A stretch of 56,842 bases of DNA from Macrostomum lignano (lineage: Eukaryota), in the NCBI GenBank assembly GCA_002269645.1, contig NIVC01002984.1:1-56842 (forward strand). Reading direction: 5' to 3'. This document shows positions 13,386 through 25,330 of the stretch, piece after piece (the stretch's first letter is position 1; every line of letters starts with the position of its first letter). The position numbers were made by a program, and so were the translations under genes. The notes below the pieces were generated by a model. That model did no database searches, was not told where the DNA came from, and saw nothing but the letters and a program-made list of their open reading frames with translations.

Positions 13386-13611
13386 ATATTTTGTTGACTG
13401 TTTGTTAATTTTAGAGAAAAAGTGATTTTTTAATTTTGCAAACATCTTAGTCCGTGACAATTTTACACGAATAAGGTGATTTTTAAAATGTGAAGAAGGA
13501 ATTAGTGTTTAAGAAAATGTGTTTTTTTATTGTTTTCCATGAACTATTTTTGCTCCTTTCTTATTGGGCGCCCCGAAGGGGGGCCGCACTAGATTGCTTT
13601 AGTTGTCTGTA

Positions 13612-13637
13612 CTAGCGGTACCCCCACCCTTCGGGTG
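13612..13637 (-). mobile_element. Helitron-type 3' terminus on the minus strand (different family; 5' end not found)
   Basis: Minus strand reads CACCC-GAA-GGGTG GGGGTACCG CTAG^T: perfect hairpin, spacer, CTAG, T target base. Confidence 0.7.
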
Positions 13638-14523
13638 TTCCCATCCATCTATATTCCATCAGGCCAAATTCACACACATTGCAACTCCTTGCCATGGACG
13701 TTGAAATCAGCAAAAAAAAATTCATTTTGCTGATGTCAATTAAATCAAGACCTACGTTGTTCAACTTTCTAGAAAGATTTATTATCTCTATCGTTATTGT
13801 ACCCAATTTTCCCATTGGTTACAATACAGGGGATTCATCCATCCCCTCTCCCACTCATCCATCCCATCTCCCATCCATCCATCCATCCTCCTCCCACTCT
13901 CACCCATCCCATCTCCCTCTCTATCTCACATTTATCCCACTGTCATATGGATAATGTAAGTTTACCAAATGGTCACTTCATTGGCGCTTTCCATATATTT
14001 TTTTCATTTTGCCATCCGTCCATGCATCGAAATTGGCATGTAAAACTGCGCACAGTTAAATTCTGTGGGAAAATTCGTCAATGGGATGTTATATCCGTTC
14101 GCATATACTATTCCATGCACACAGAGTCATTTCATACAAATATGTCAGGAAAGAATAACAAACACGAGAAGTATTACTTAACGCAGCAATTAAACAGCAT
14201 AGCAGGCTATCCTCGCCTCGATAAAGAAGCACAACAGATCTGAGTCCGTATCCTAATACCGTAGGTGAATTTGTTTTTTTTGTCACTGTCATTGTCGTAA
14301 AAAAATAGTAGTGGTGTAATAAGTGATCCGCTGCAAGATGTATCATTGCGTGTATAACAAACTATACTATAGTATGTATTAATTAACTACAATTTTGGGA
14401 AACTTACTATGCCATCAGTCAATAAAGTAGCTTCCTCGGGATGGGATCTACCATGCACGAGACTCATACAAGTGGTTCAGTAGCATTTTTTTGCATTCTG
14501 TTTTACGCAGTGTGGCAACACCT

Positions 14524-15075
14524 CTAACTGTCCATTGAAGACCTTCCCGCAGAGCCGGACTCGTCCAGAGACATCACGGAGGTTTGGCTTGCATTCGCGA
14601 TCTGTTCTTGCACCTCTGTTCCGTCCAGTGGCTCGGCTGTTGACGTCTCAGTTGATGCAGCCGGGTCCGCATCCTCGCTATGTCGGGCTCGCTTGCGGGG
14701 AGAGGACTCATCCTCAGGGCAGCTCTCTTCAAGCTGCCGTCCAAGCACGGACTCCAGGTGGTCGCGTTCGTCACGCACGGTTGCCAGCTCCTTCCGCACA
14801 GTCGCAAGCTCGTCTCGCTCAGCTTGTACGATGGTGAGCTCGTCCCGCAGTTCAGAAACCGTTCTTCGTAGCTGCGCAATTTCGCATTGCTGCTGTGCAA
14901 CCAGCTCAGCCAGGGCAGATTTCCTGTCGGATTCTTGTTGGGCTATCGTCTCCTGATGACGGACGATGTTCGAAGCTTTCTCCATGAAGGTCTTCATGTG
15001 TTGTTCCATTCCTCGTCGTTGCTTCTCAAACATCTCGGGGTAGCTATCCGGCCTATTTGTCGGTTGCTGAGACAT
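14524..15075 (-). CDS. 183-aa hypothetical coiled-coil protein with acidic/Ser-rich tail and basic NLS-like PRKRAR
   Basis: ATG-started ORF in a GC-richer island; heptad-like helical E/Q/R/L pattern and an internal ELATVR duplication. No family recognised. Confidence 0.6.
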   Translation of the reverse strand: MSQQPTNRPDSYPEMFEKQRRGMEQHMKTFMEKASNIVRHQETIAQQESDRKSALAELVAQQQCEIAQLRRTVSELRDELTIVQAERDELATVRKELATVRDERDHLESVLGRQLEESCPEDESSPRKRARHSEDADPAASTETSTAEPLDGTEVQEQIANASQTSVMSLDESGSAGRSSMDS

Positions 15076-18000
15076 TGGGATTGTCTTAGTCCAAATTATA
15101 CGTGAAAAAATTCAAAATTAGGCGAATGACAGTGACAGTCACATTCCTGAATCCTGTGATCGTTGAGGCAGTAGCCTCTTTCCCTCACTCTAATCTAAAT
15201 ATACTAAATCTCTAATATTTGTTTGTTTGTTTGTTTGTTTGTATGTTTGTCCATAACGCTCTAGAGATTGCAATTCTTCACCGATTTTGATCGCGTTTTC
15301 GCCAAAACATTCAAAATTGTCTGGAAAGAAGACAGTTAAAATTTCTTGTATCTGCTTCAATGCTAAAGGGATTAAATATTCGAAAAACATGATTTTTTGC
15401 AAAGGTCAAGCAGCTCTTTCGACTTGAAATGCATTGTAAGAATGCTAGATAAAAAACTGACTGGCTGAATTCTGATCCTGATAAAGATTGCATCACAACA
15501 AGTTGAAAACACTGTGCCAAGTTGAAAGACAGAAATTGCGTAACCATATTGCTAACTTTAATTGAGACTGATGCTGACTGCCTGAGTAATTATGTCATAG
15601 CTGCTTCGTGTGACTTTCACTCCAAGAGAATTTGTGTTAGTATTCGTGTAACGTTCTAGAGATCGAACCGATTGACCAATTTTAATCGTGTTTTCGCCAA
15701 AAGATTTGTAATTATCTGGAAAGAAGACAGTTAAAATTTATTTAATCGGCTTTAATGCTAAAGGTATTAAATATTCGAAAAACGAGTTTTCCCAATGCTT
15801 TTAATGGTAGGGCAAACTAGGTTGAATTCTTGACTGGACTGGCTGAATTCCAATTCCAATTATGATTGCGCCATAACTTTTCTCTCTCCACTGTGTAAGC
15901 TTCAATACTGGTTGCAGTGTGCAAGGAGAAAAAATGCTCAGTGGCTGCGTGTGTACATTCTGACCCTGGCTCTGACTGGCGGACTCCATAGAAAATTGCT
16001 ATTTATAGATTTCACTCAATCAACTGTGCATTGGCTCCGCCTGCACGCCTACACACTGAGCAGCCTATCACTGCTATGTATTTTAACTGCAGTTCTGAAG
16101 CATATATGGCTGATTTTGTTGTCCTCCCATCAATAGGCGGAGTAGCCGCACTGTAGGCACTTAGGACTAGGTTTAGGCTAGGCGTAAGGTCCAAGGTTCG
16201 AGTCTGCCTCCCCGGCGGATAATTAAAATTAAAAAATTTCAATAATTTATAGCTTAATTGTGCCTCGACTAATTGGAATATTTTTTTATTAATTTCAATT
16301 GAAGGATTTTTTGCTATTCGGCACAAGCCACTAATCAATCCAAATATACTAAATCTCTAAGGTTTGTTTGTATGTTTGCTTGTCTGCTTCGAGTTTAACT
16401 GATCCCATCAATGGGTATTGTCTAGCTCCATAAAAGTGCTAAATGCTGACCTTTTGCTAAATGCTGACCTTTTTTTAAGACTGCCGATATGTATCGAAAA
16501 TTGATTAGTGAGCCGTAGAATGCTGAGTAAATTGCAGTTTTCTGAGGGGTCTGAGGTGCCGGCCAGAGAAGAACTGCAGACTGTGAAGTAGTTCCTCTAG
16601 ACTTAAATCTAATTTATAGATTTCACTTAACTGCGCATTGGCTCTGCCTGCATAAAACCCGTGCACTAAGCAGCCTATCACTGCTGTGTATTTCACTGCA
16701 GTGCCAAAGCATATATGGCTGATTTTGTCGCCTTCCGATCAATAGGCGGAGTAGCCGCACTGTAGGCACTAGGACCAGTTTTAGGATAGGCGTAAGGTCC
16801 CAGGTGCGAGTCTGGCTCACAGCGGACAATTAAAATTTAACTAATTATGATTTCATTTTAGCACAAGTCGATAAGCAAATTTGATTTGTAGAAACTGCTT
16901 CAAGTACATGTATTACAAGCGTACTGATCCCATCAATGAGTATATTGCCTAGCGCCATGAAAGTATGAAATTGCTAAACTGCAGACGATTCTGAAAAAAC
17001 TGCTGACGGTATCGAAAAATGCTGAGTTTTGAAAGACTGCCGATATGTATCGAAAATTTATTAGTGAGCCGTAAAATGCTGAGCAAATTGCAGTTTCCTG
17101 AGGAGCTGAGGAGCCGGCTGAGAGAAGAACTGCAGGCTGCTGAGAGGATGACTGAAAATTGTTAATTGAACACTTGTAGACTGCAAATGGAATGACTGCA
17201 GACTGCTTAGGGGAACTGCAGATTGTCGAAGGGATCATTGCAGATTGCAAAGGGGAAACAACTGCAAACTGCTGAGGTAGTTCCTCCAGACGTATGAGCG
17301 TATAGCTGTAGACTGCTGAGAGGGAAACTGCGGACTAATTGGAGGATAATGGCAGACTTCTGAGGCTAATAACTAACTATTGAGTTTTGAGTGGATATTA
17401 ACTGTGGAAGATTAAGTACAAGTTGTTGAGGTGATTACTGCGGGCTGCTAAGTGAAATATTTTTTGCTAAGGGGACAATTCTATGAGCTGAGGGTATACA
17501 TGCTTAAATTTAATAAAAGTCGTAGAATGCAAAGTGGATGATAAATGCTGGCTGTTAAGAAATAACTGCAGCCTTTTTGCGAGATTCGATGCAGGGATAA
17601 TTTCAGGTTATTGTGGGTATAAATGCGGGGTTAACTTCAAACGGCTGAAGTTGCTAAACTAGATTATTTCGACCACATGTCAATAGGCACAACAGCCGCA
17701 GTAGGCAGGCAGTATCCGGCAGAAGCTAAGCAGAATGCTTTGATGTCAGCAGTTCGAGCCTGCATTGAAGCAGCGAATTTATCTTTGTGACCTGTGACAA
17801 TAATGATTGCATCCTATGCAGATTCATGGAGATGTTAAACACTTAAATTTAAAGATACTTTTGCTGGGGGGCTGCGTTAGTCTTCTAGAGCAGTGCTAAT
17901 CTACTGTAAGTGCTAATTTGCAAAGGGTCTAATCTGGGTGAGCAGTGCTAATCTGACCTACAATGAAGTAATAAATATGCAAGAGGATTGCAAATCAATT

Positions 18001-18097
18001 TTAAACTGCAAGTTGCAAACATTTCAAATGGTTTCGATTATTGAGAAGCATATGGAGATCAGTGGCCATCTGCTCCCAGATTTTGCGGAACAGTGCC

Positions 18098-18286
18098 GGT
18101 GAACCATTGCTAAACTGCTGGTGAAGCATTGCTGAACTGCTGGTGAAGCATTGCTGAACTGCTGATGAACCATTGCTAAACTGCTGGTGAAGCATTGCTA
18201 AACTGCTGGTAAAGTATTGCTAAACTGCTGGTGAAGCATTGCTAAACTGCTGGTGAAGCATTGCTTAAGTTGTGGTGAAATATTGT
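18098..18286 (+). repeat. 22-bp minisatellite (CATTGCTAAACTGCTGGTGAAG), ~8 copies
   Basis: Visible tandem units. Confidence 0.92.
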
Positions 18287-18511
18287 ATTTTTTTAAATAA
18301 ATGCTTCTTTTAAAGAGAAGAAAGCGCAATGCAAGAAAAGGCAAAAAAAAATCACCATGTCAATCATAAAAGAAGCGCACTGTTGAACATAAAAGACTCA
18401 TTGGGAATTTTTAAGACTGCTATGTCTATTGCTACGAGCGTAAGGCTGGTATGGGAAATTGCTGTGATATCAAGACTCATGGGAGAATTTCTAAGATCTC
18501 AAGGCTCAGGG

Positions 18512-18606
18512 GAATTGCTACAATGATGTGATTCTGGGGAGAATTGCTACAATGATGTGATTCTGGGGAGAATTGCTACAATGATGTGATTCTGGGAAGA
18601 ATTGCT
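18512..18606 (+). repeat. 29-bp tandem repeat (GGGGAGAATTGCTACAATGATGTGATTCT), 3 copies, within the G-rich degenerate array (~18400-20050)
   Basis: Three near-identical units. Confidence 0.9.
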
Positions 18607-21040
18607 TTGATTTGAAGGTTTATTTGGGAAATTGCTGAGGTAGCAAGGCTTATTAACAATGCTTTGCGGTCAAGGCTCATGGAGATAATTACTGGAATGC
18701 TGTGGCTGTTGGGGGAATTGCCGACATTGTTAGGGTAAGAGTAAGGCGTAAACCATAAATGAATTGGCCTGTCAAACATAAAAGACTCATCGAGGAATGT
18801 CAAAGCTCATGGGGGGTATCTGAATTATACTGTAGCTCAATGCTCAGGGGGAATTGTTGTGATTGCAACTTAGGATTATTAGGGAAATTTTGTGGCTAAA
18901 AAATGAGTTGCTGAGATATCAAGGCTCATTGGGGAATCGCTGAGATGTCAAAGCTTACGGGGGATCCCTGTAATGCTGTGGGCTGTGACTCTTGGGTATT
19001 GCTGAGATGCCAAGGTTCACAGGGGAATGACTGAGATTTCAAAGGCTCCTAAAGGGAATAGCTGAAATTCAGGAAATGTCAAGGTTCATTGGGTAATTGT
19101 TGAAATGCTGTGGTTCATAGTGGGAAAAGCTGAAATGCTGTGACTTGGCAGGGTTAGGGTTCAATCATAAGACTCGTGTGAAAGTGCCAAGGTATCAAAA
19201 GGTTAGTCCCTCAATTTTCTTGCTCATGGGAAATTGCTAAGATTTCAAAAGCTCATTGGGGAATTTCTGAAATTCTTGGGCTGAGAGGGAGTTGCTGAAA
19301 TGCTGTGACTCGGCTGCAGTTAAGGGTTAGGGTTTCGGTTCAATTATAGAGCGATCGTTGTGTCAATCATAAATGATTCATCAAGGAATTGCTCAGATTA
19401 AAGTATTTGGGGGCGAATTACCTAAATGCTTTGGCTCTTTGATAATTGCTAACAGGTCAAGGCTTTCAGTGAAATTTAAATTTTAAAGCTTATGAGGAAG
19501 TTACTTTAATGCTGAGGCTCAAGGCTCATGAGGGGGAATAGCTAACATGCCGAGACTCACTTATGGGTTAGGGTAAGTGGCTTAGGGTCAGTTTTGGTTC
19601 AATCATAGATTAACCGCTGTCAACCATCAATTAAAGAGCTGCTAAGATGAGAATTGCTATATTGCTTGATATCGTAGGATATCAAGGCTTATGTGCGGAA
19701 TCGCTGAGTTGACAAGGACCATGAAGAAATTGCTGAGATATCAAGGCTCATAAAGGGATTGCTGAATTCTTGAAGGAGGGGAGTTGGGTTGGTGGGATGT
19801 CAAAACTTACTGGGCTGGGAGAATTGCGTAGATGTCAAGGCTCGAGTTTAATTGCTGCGATGTCGATCTTAATGAGGGATTTTCTGAAATTTCAAGGCTT
19901 ACTGAGGGAATTATTTAGATTTCAAGGCTTACTGGGGGATTGCTAAGATGTCAAGGCTTACTGGGCGAATTGCTGAGATATCAAGGCTCATAAGGGGTGT
20001 CTGAATTATTGGGGGGAGGGGGTTAGGTTGTTGAGCGATTGTCAGATCGTCAAGTAGAACGGCTCAAGTAGCTCATTTAATTCAGATAATGAGTGATGCA
20101 AAAACACAAGTGATGCTGCTTTTTGCTAATAGGAAATATCAGCGTTTTTATTAAAGGCTTGGTTTTCCGAGTTAGGCTAATAAAGAGGGGTCTAAGGCCG
20201 TCAGGGATTTACACATTGAGCTCCTGCTGCGGACCAGAATATGCCCAGGCCAATGACGATATGCACTAAGAGTTTGTGCTTGAAAGGATAGGCATTATTC
20301 GCTGATTGAGAAAGGGTTTTAGGCTGATGTCGGAAACTTTTTTGGCTGGTGAAAGTTTTGATTCATGGCAATTTATCTTTGCCAAAAATAAAAAAAGTAA
20401 TTATTGATGAATGGAAATCAACATTTTGGATAATTAGTAAGGTTAAGATCTTAGAGATTTAGTATATTGTGATATACTCTTGGGCCAAAATAAAAACCAC
20501 TTTCATTTTAAATGCTGGGGGTGTCATTTTTAAGGCCCCCCAGCGGGGGGCTAAATGGCTAGTCCTATATACTAAAAATGAGTTGTCTGTATGTGGGTAT
20601 GAGGGTATGCGATAGATTTCAGAAAAATTGGCTCAACCAATTTTCTTCAAACATGCACCATTCGATCAAAAATTTTCCTGGGACGGTACATGCATCTTGG
20701 CTAAGAAATTGCTCAATGTTAAAGGGATTAAATATTCGAAAAACATGCTTTTTTGCAAAGGTCAAGCAGCTCTTTCGACCTGAAATGCATTGTAAGAATG
20801 CTAGAGAAAAATGACTGACTGAATTTCAATTCTGATAAAGATTGCATCACAACAAGTTGAAAACAGTGCCGAAGAAATGCACACACGACTTGATTAAAAT
20901 TGCGTAACCAATATTGCTAACTTGAACTGAGACTGATACTGGCTGACTGAGAAATTGATTATGTCATAACTTTTTACTCCAATTGACTTGCTGTAAGAAT
21001 TGAATTATAAGGGCCACAATTCATGTTCTCCAATTGAAAA

Positions 21041-21098
21041 GAGATAGCCAAGATGCGAACAGACTGGACTGCTAATGTAGCGACCTAGGTTCGAATCT
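21041..21098 (+). ncRNA. tRNA-derived Pol III cassette in the H3 head
   Basis: TAGCCAAG A-box-like; CTGGA-CTGCTAA-TGTAG anticodon-like arm; 4-nt variable loop; CTAGG-TTCGAAT-CTTAG T-arm; T8 run at 21116-21123. No acceptor stem. Confidence 0.6.
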
Positions 21099-21149
21099 TA
21101 GTAGTGCAAAAAAGATTTTTTTTATTAAAACACCTAAAAAACACAAAAC

Positions 21150-24100
21150 TACTAAACATAAAAGAAGCGCAATGTGAAACATAGAAGAGCCACCATGTCG
21201 AACATTAAAGAGCCAACATGTCAAACATAAAAGAGCCACCATGTCAAACCTAAACGAGCCACCATGTCTAATATTTAAGAGGCACCATGTAAAACATATA
21301 AGTGACTTTATGTCAAACATAAAAGAGCCACCATTTCGAACATTAAACAGCCACCATTTCGAACATTAAAGAGCCACCATGTCGACCATAAAAGAGCCAC
21401 TATTTCGAACATCAAAGAGCCACTATGTCAAACATTTAGGAGCCACTTTTTCGAACATTAAAGAGCCACCATGTCAAACATAAAAGAGCCAACATGTCAA
21501 ACATAAGAGAGCCAACATGTCAAACATAAAGAGCCACCATGTCAAACATATATGTGACTTTGTGTCAAACATTAAAGAGCCACCATTTCGAACATTAAAG
21601 AGCCACTATTTCGAACATTAAAGAGCCACCATGTCAAACATGAAAGAGCTACCATTTCAAACATTAAAGAGCCACCATGTCAAACATTCAAAAGCCACAT
21701 TGTCAAACATTAAAGAGCCATTATGTCGTACATTAAAGAGCCACCATTTCGAACATTAAAGAGCCACCATGTCGAACATAAAAGAGCCACTATTTTGAAC
21801 ATTAAAAAGCCACCATTTCGAACATTAAAGAGCCACCATTTCGAACATAAAAGAGCCACCATGTCAAACATAAAGAGCCACCATTTTGAATATTAAAGAG
21901 CCACTATGTCAAACATTTAGGAGCCACTTTGTCGAACATTAAAGAGCCACCATGTCAAACATAAAAGAGCCAACATGTCAAACATAAGAGAGCCAACATG
22001 TCAAACATAAAGAGCCACCATGTCAAACATATATGTGACTTTGTGTCAAACATTAAAGAGCCACCATTTCGAACATTAAAGAGCCACTATTTCGAACATT
22101 AAAGAGCCACCATGTCAAACATGAAAGAGCTACCATTTCAAACATTAAAGAGCCACCATGTCAAACATTCAAAAGCCACATTGTCAAACATTAAAGAGCC
22201 ATTATGTCGTACATTAAAGAGCCACCATTTCGAACATTAAAGAGCCACCATGTCGAACATAAAAGAGCCACTATTTTGAACATTAAAAAGCCACCATTTC
22301 GAACATTAAAGAGCCACTATTTCGAACATAAAAGAGCCACCATGTCAAACATGAAAGAGCTACCATTTCAAACATTAAAGAGCCACCATGTCAAACATTC
22401 AAAAGCCACATTGTCAAACATTAAAGAGCCATTATGTCGTACATTAAAGAGCCACCATTTCGAACATTAAAGAGCCACCATGTCGAACATAAAAGAGCCA
22501 CTATTTTGAACATTAAAAAGCCACCATTTCGAACATTAAAGAGCCACCATTTCGAACATAAAAGAGCCACCATGTCAAACATAAAGAGCCACCATTTTGA
22601 ATATTAAAGAGCCACTATGTCAAACATTTAGGAGCCACTTTGTCGAACATTAAAGAGCCACCATGTCAAACATAAAAGAGCCAACATGTCAAACATAAGA
22701 GAGCCAACATGTCAAACATAAAGAGCCACCATGTCAAACATATATGTGACTTTGTGTCAAACATTAAAGAGCCACCATTTCGAACATTAAAGAGCCACTA
22801 TTTCGAACATTAAAGAGCCACCATGTCAAACATGAAAGAGCTACCATTTCAAACATTAAAGAGCCACCATGTCAAACATTCAAAAGCCACATTGTCAAAC
22901 ATTAAAGAGCCATTATGTCGTACATTAAAGAGCCACCATTTCGAACATTAAAGAGCCACCATGTCGAACATAAAAGAGCCACTATTTTGAACATTAAAAA
23001 GCCACCATTTCGAACATTAAAGAGCCACCATTTCGAACATAAAAGAGCCACCATGTCAAACATGAAAGAGCTACCATTTCAAACATTAAAGAGCCACCAT
23101 GTCAAACATTCAAAAGCCACATTGTCAAACATTAAAGAGCCATTATGTCGTACATTAAAGAGCCACCATTTCGAACATTAAAGAGCCACCATGTCGAACA
23201 TAAAAGAGCCACTATTTTGAACATTAAAAAGCCACCATTTCGAACATTAAAGAGCCACCATTTCGAACATAAAAGAGCCACCATGTCAAACATAAAGAGC
23301 CACCATTTTGAATATTAAAGAGCCACTATGTCAAACATTTAGGAGCCACTTTGTCGAACATTAAAGAGCCACCATGTCAAACATAAAAGAGCCAACATGT
23401 CAGACATTAAAAAAGCCACCGTACAGATATAAAAGAGTTACCATGTAGAACAAAAAAGAGCCACCATTTCGAACAAAAAAGAGCCACCATGTCAAACATA
23501 AAAGAGCCACCATGTCAAACATAAAAGAGCCAACATGTCAAACATAAAGAGCCACCATATCAAAAATTTAGGAGCCACCATGTCAAACATATATGTGACT
23601 TTATGTCAAACATTAAAGAGCCACAATTTCGAACATAACAGAGCTACGATGTCAAACATTAAAGAGCCACCATGTCGAACATTAAAGAGCCACCATGTCA
23701 AACATTAAAGAGCCACCCTGTTGAATATCAAAGAGCCACCATGTCGAACATTAAAGAGCCACCATGTCTAACATTAAAAGTCACCATGTTAAACATTAAA
23801 GAGCCACCATATCAAGCATAAAAGAGCCACCATGTCAAACCTAAAAGAGCCACCATGTCGAAAATTTAAGAGCCAAAATGTAGAATATAAAAGAGCCACC
23901 ATGTCAACCATATAAGTGACTTTATGTCAAATATTTAAGAGCCACCATGTTAAACCTAAAAGAGCCCCCATTTTAAACCTAAAAGAGCCACCATGTTAAA
24001 CCTAAAAGAGCCACCATGTCGAACACTTAAGAGCCACAATGTAAAATATTTAAGAGCCACCATTTCGAACATATAAGTGACTTTATGTCAAACATTAAAG

Positions 24101-24790
24101 AGCCACCATGTCGAACATTAAAGAGCCACCATGTAAAACAAAAGAGCCACCATTTCGAACATTAAAGAGCCACCATGTCTAACATTAAAAGTCACCATGT
24201 TAAACATTAAAGAGCCACCATATCAAGCATAAAAGAGCCACCATGTCAAACCTAAAAGAGCCACCATGTCGAAAATTTAAGAGCCAAAATGTAGAATATA
24301 AAAGAGCCACCATGTCAACCATATAAGTGACTTTATGTCAAATATTTAAGAGCCACCATGTTAAACCTAAAAGAGCCACCATGTCAAACATAGAAATGCC
24401 ACCAAGTAAAATATAAAAGAGCTACCATGTCAAACATAAAATAGCCATCATGTCAAACATAAAAGAGTCATCATGTGAAACATATACGTGACTCAATGTC
24501 AAACATTAAAGAGCCACCATGTCAAACATAAATGAGACACCATATGACGAACATTAAAGAGCCACCATGTCAAACATTAAAGAGCCACCATGTCAAACAT
24601 TAAAGAGCCACCATTTTAAACAATAAAGAGCCACCATGTCGAACATTAAAGAGCCACCATGTCAAACATTAGAGAGCCACCATGTCAAACATAAAAGAGC
24701 CACCATGTCAAACATAAAAGAGCCACCATGTCGAACATAAAAGAGCCACCATGTCAAGCATAAAAGAGCCACCATGTTGAACATAAAATT
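21150..24790 (+). repeat. 23-bp minisatellite (ATTAAAGAGCCACCATGTCAAAC), ~158 monomers, 481+230=711 bp higher-order repeat
   Basis: Unit visible; marker ATTATGTCGTAC at 21720, 22201, 22431, 22912, 23142. Confidence 0.98.
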
Positions 24791-24877
24791 TACACAATTT
24801 CAAACGTGAAAGTAAGCGAATTTTAAAGGAGCCACTATAATGCTAAGGAAATTGTCGCACTAGCTACTTATTGTCTG

Positions 24878-25330
24878 GTGGATGCTTGCTATTTGGGGAT
24901 GCTTGCTATCTGAGGGATGCTTTCTATCTGGGGGATGCTTGCTATCTGGGGGATGCTTGCTATCTTGGGGATGCTTGCTATCTAGGGGATGCTTGCTATC
25001 TGGGGGATGCTTGCTATCTGGGGGATGCTTGCTATCTGGGGATGCTTGCTATCTGGGGATGCTTGCTATCTGAGGGATGCTTGCTATCTGGGGGATGCTT
25101 GCTATCTGGGGGATGCTTGCTATCTGGGGGATGCTTGCTATCTGAGGGATGCTTGCTATCTGAGAGATGCTTGCTATCTGGGGGATGCTTGCTATCTGGG
25201 GGATGGTTGCTATCTAGGGGATGCTTGCTATCTGGGGGATGCTTGCTATCTGGGGGATGCTTGCTATCCGGGGGTTGCTTGCAATCTGGAGGATGCTTGC
25301 TATCTGGGGAATGCTTGCTGTCTTGGGATG
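24878..25330 (+). repeat. 18-bp G-rich minisatellite (GGGGGATGCTTGCTATCT), ~25 copies
   Basis: Unit visible; gives GDACYL periodic ORFs. Confidence 0.97.

Larger units (their letters stand above)
9207..13602 (+). mobile_element. Non-autonomous Helitron-like element H1 carrying a 24-bp minisatellite
   Basis: Starts A^TCTAATATACTAAAAATG; ~660 bp head shared with H3/H4 and partly H2, with (GT)n and AACGGCTGGACCGATTT resembling Lep1-type Helitron heads. Ends with GCCCC-GAA-GGGG hairpin (13570-13581) and CTAG (13589-13592) or degenerate ...AGATTGCTTTAG^T (13602). No TSD or TIR. Confidence 0.72.
15194..20562 (+). mobile_element. Composite Helitron-like element H2 (variant head, second head at 16339, several internal duplications)
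   Basis: A^TCTAAATATACTAAA start with (TTTG)n; 15360-15620 is homologous to the H1/H3 heads. Ends with perfect GCCCCCC-AGC-GGGGGGC hairpin (20535-20551) and CTAG (20559-20562). Confidence 0.65.

Noticed and set aside
21041-21098. Functional tRNA-Ser(GCT)
   Set aside because: No acceptor stem, degenerate D-arm and no long variable arm; treated as tRNA-derived.
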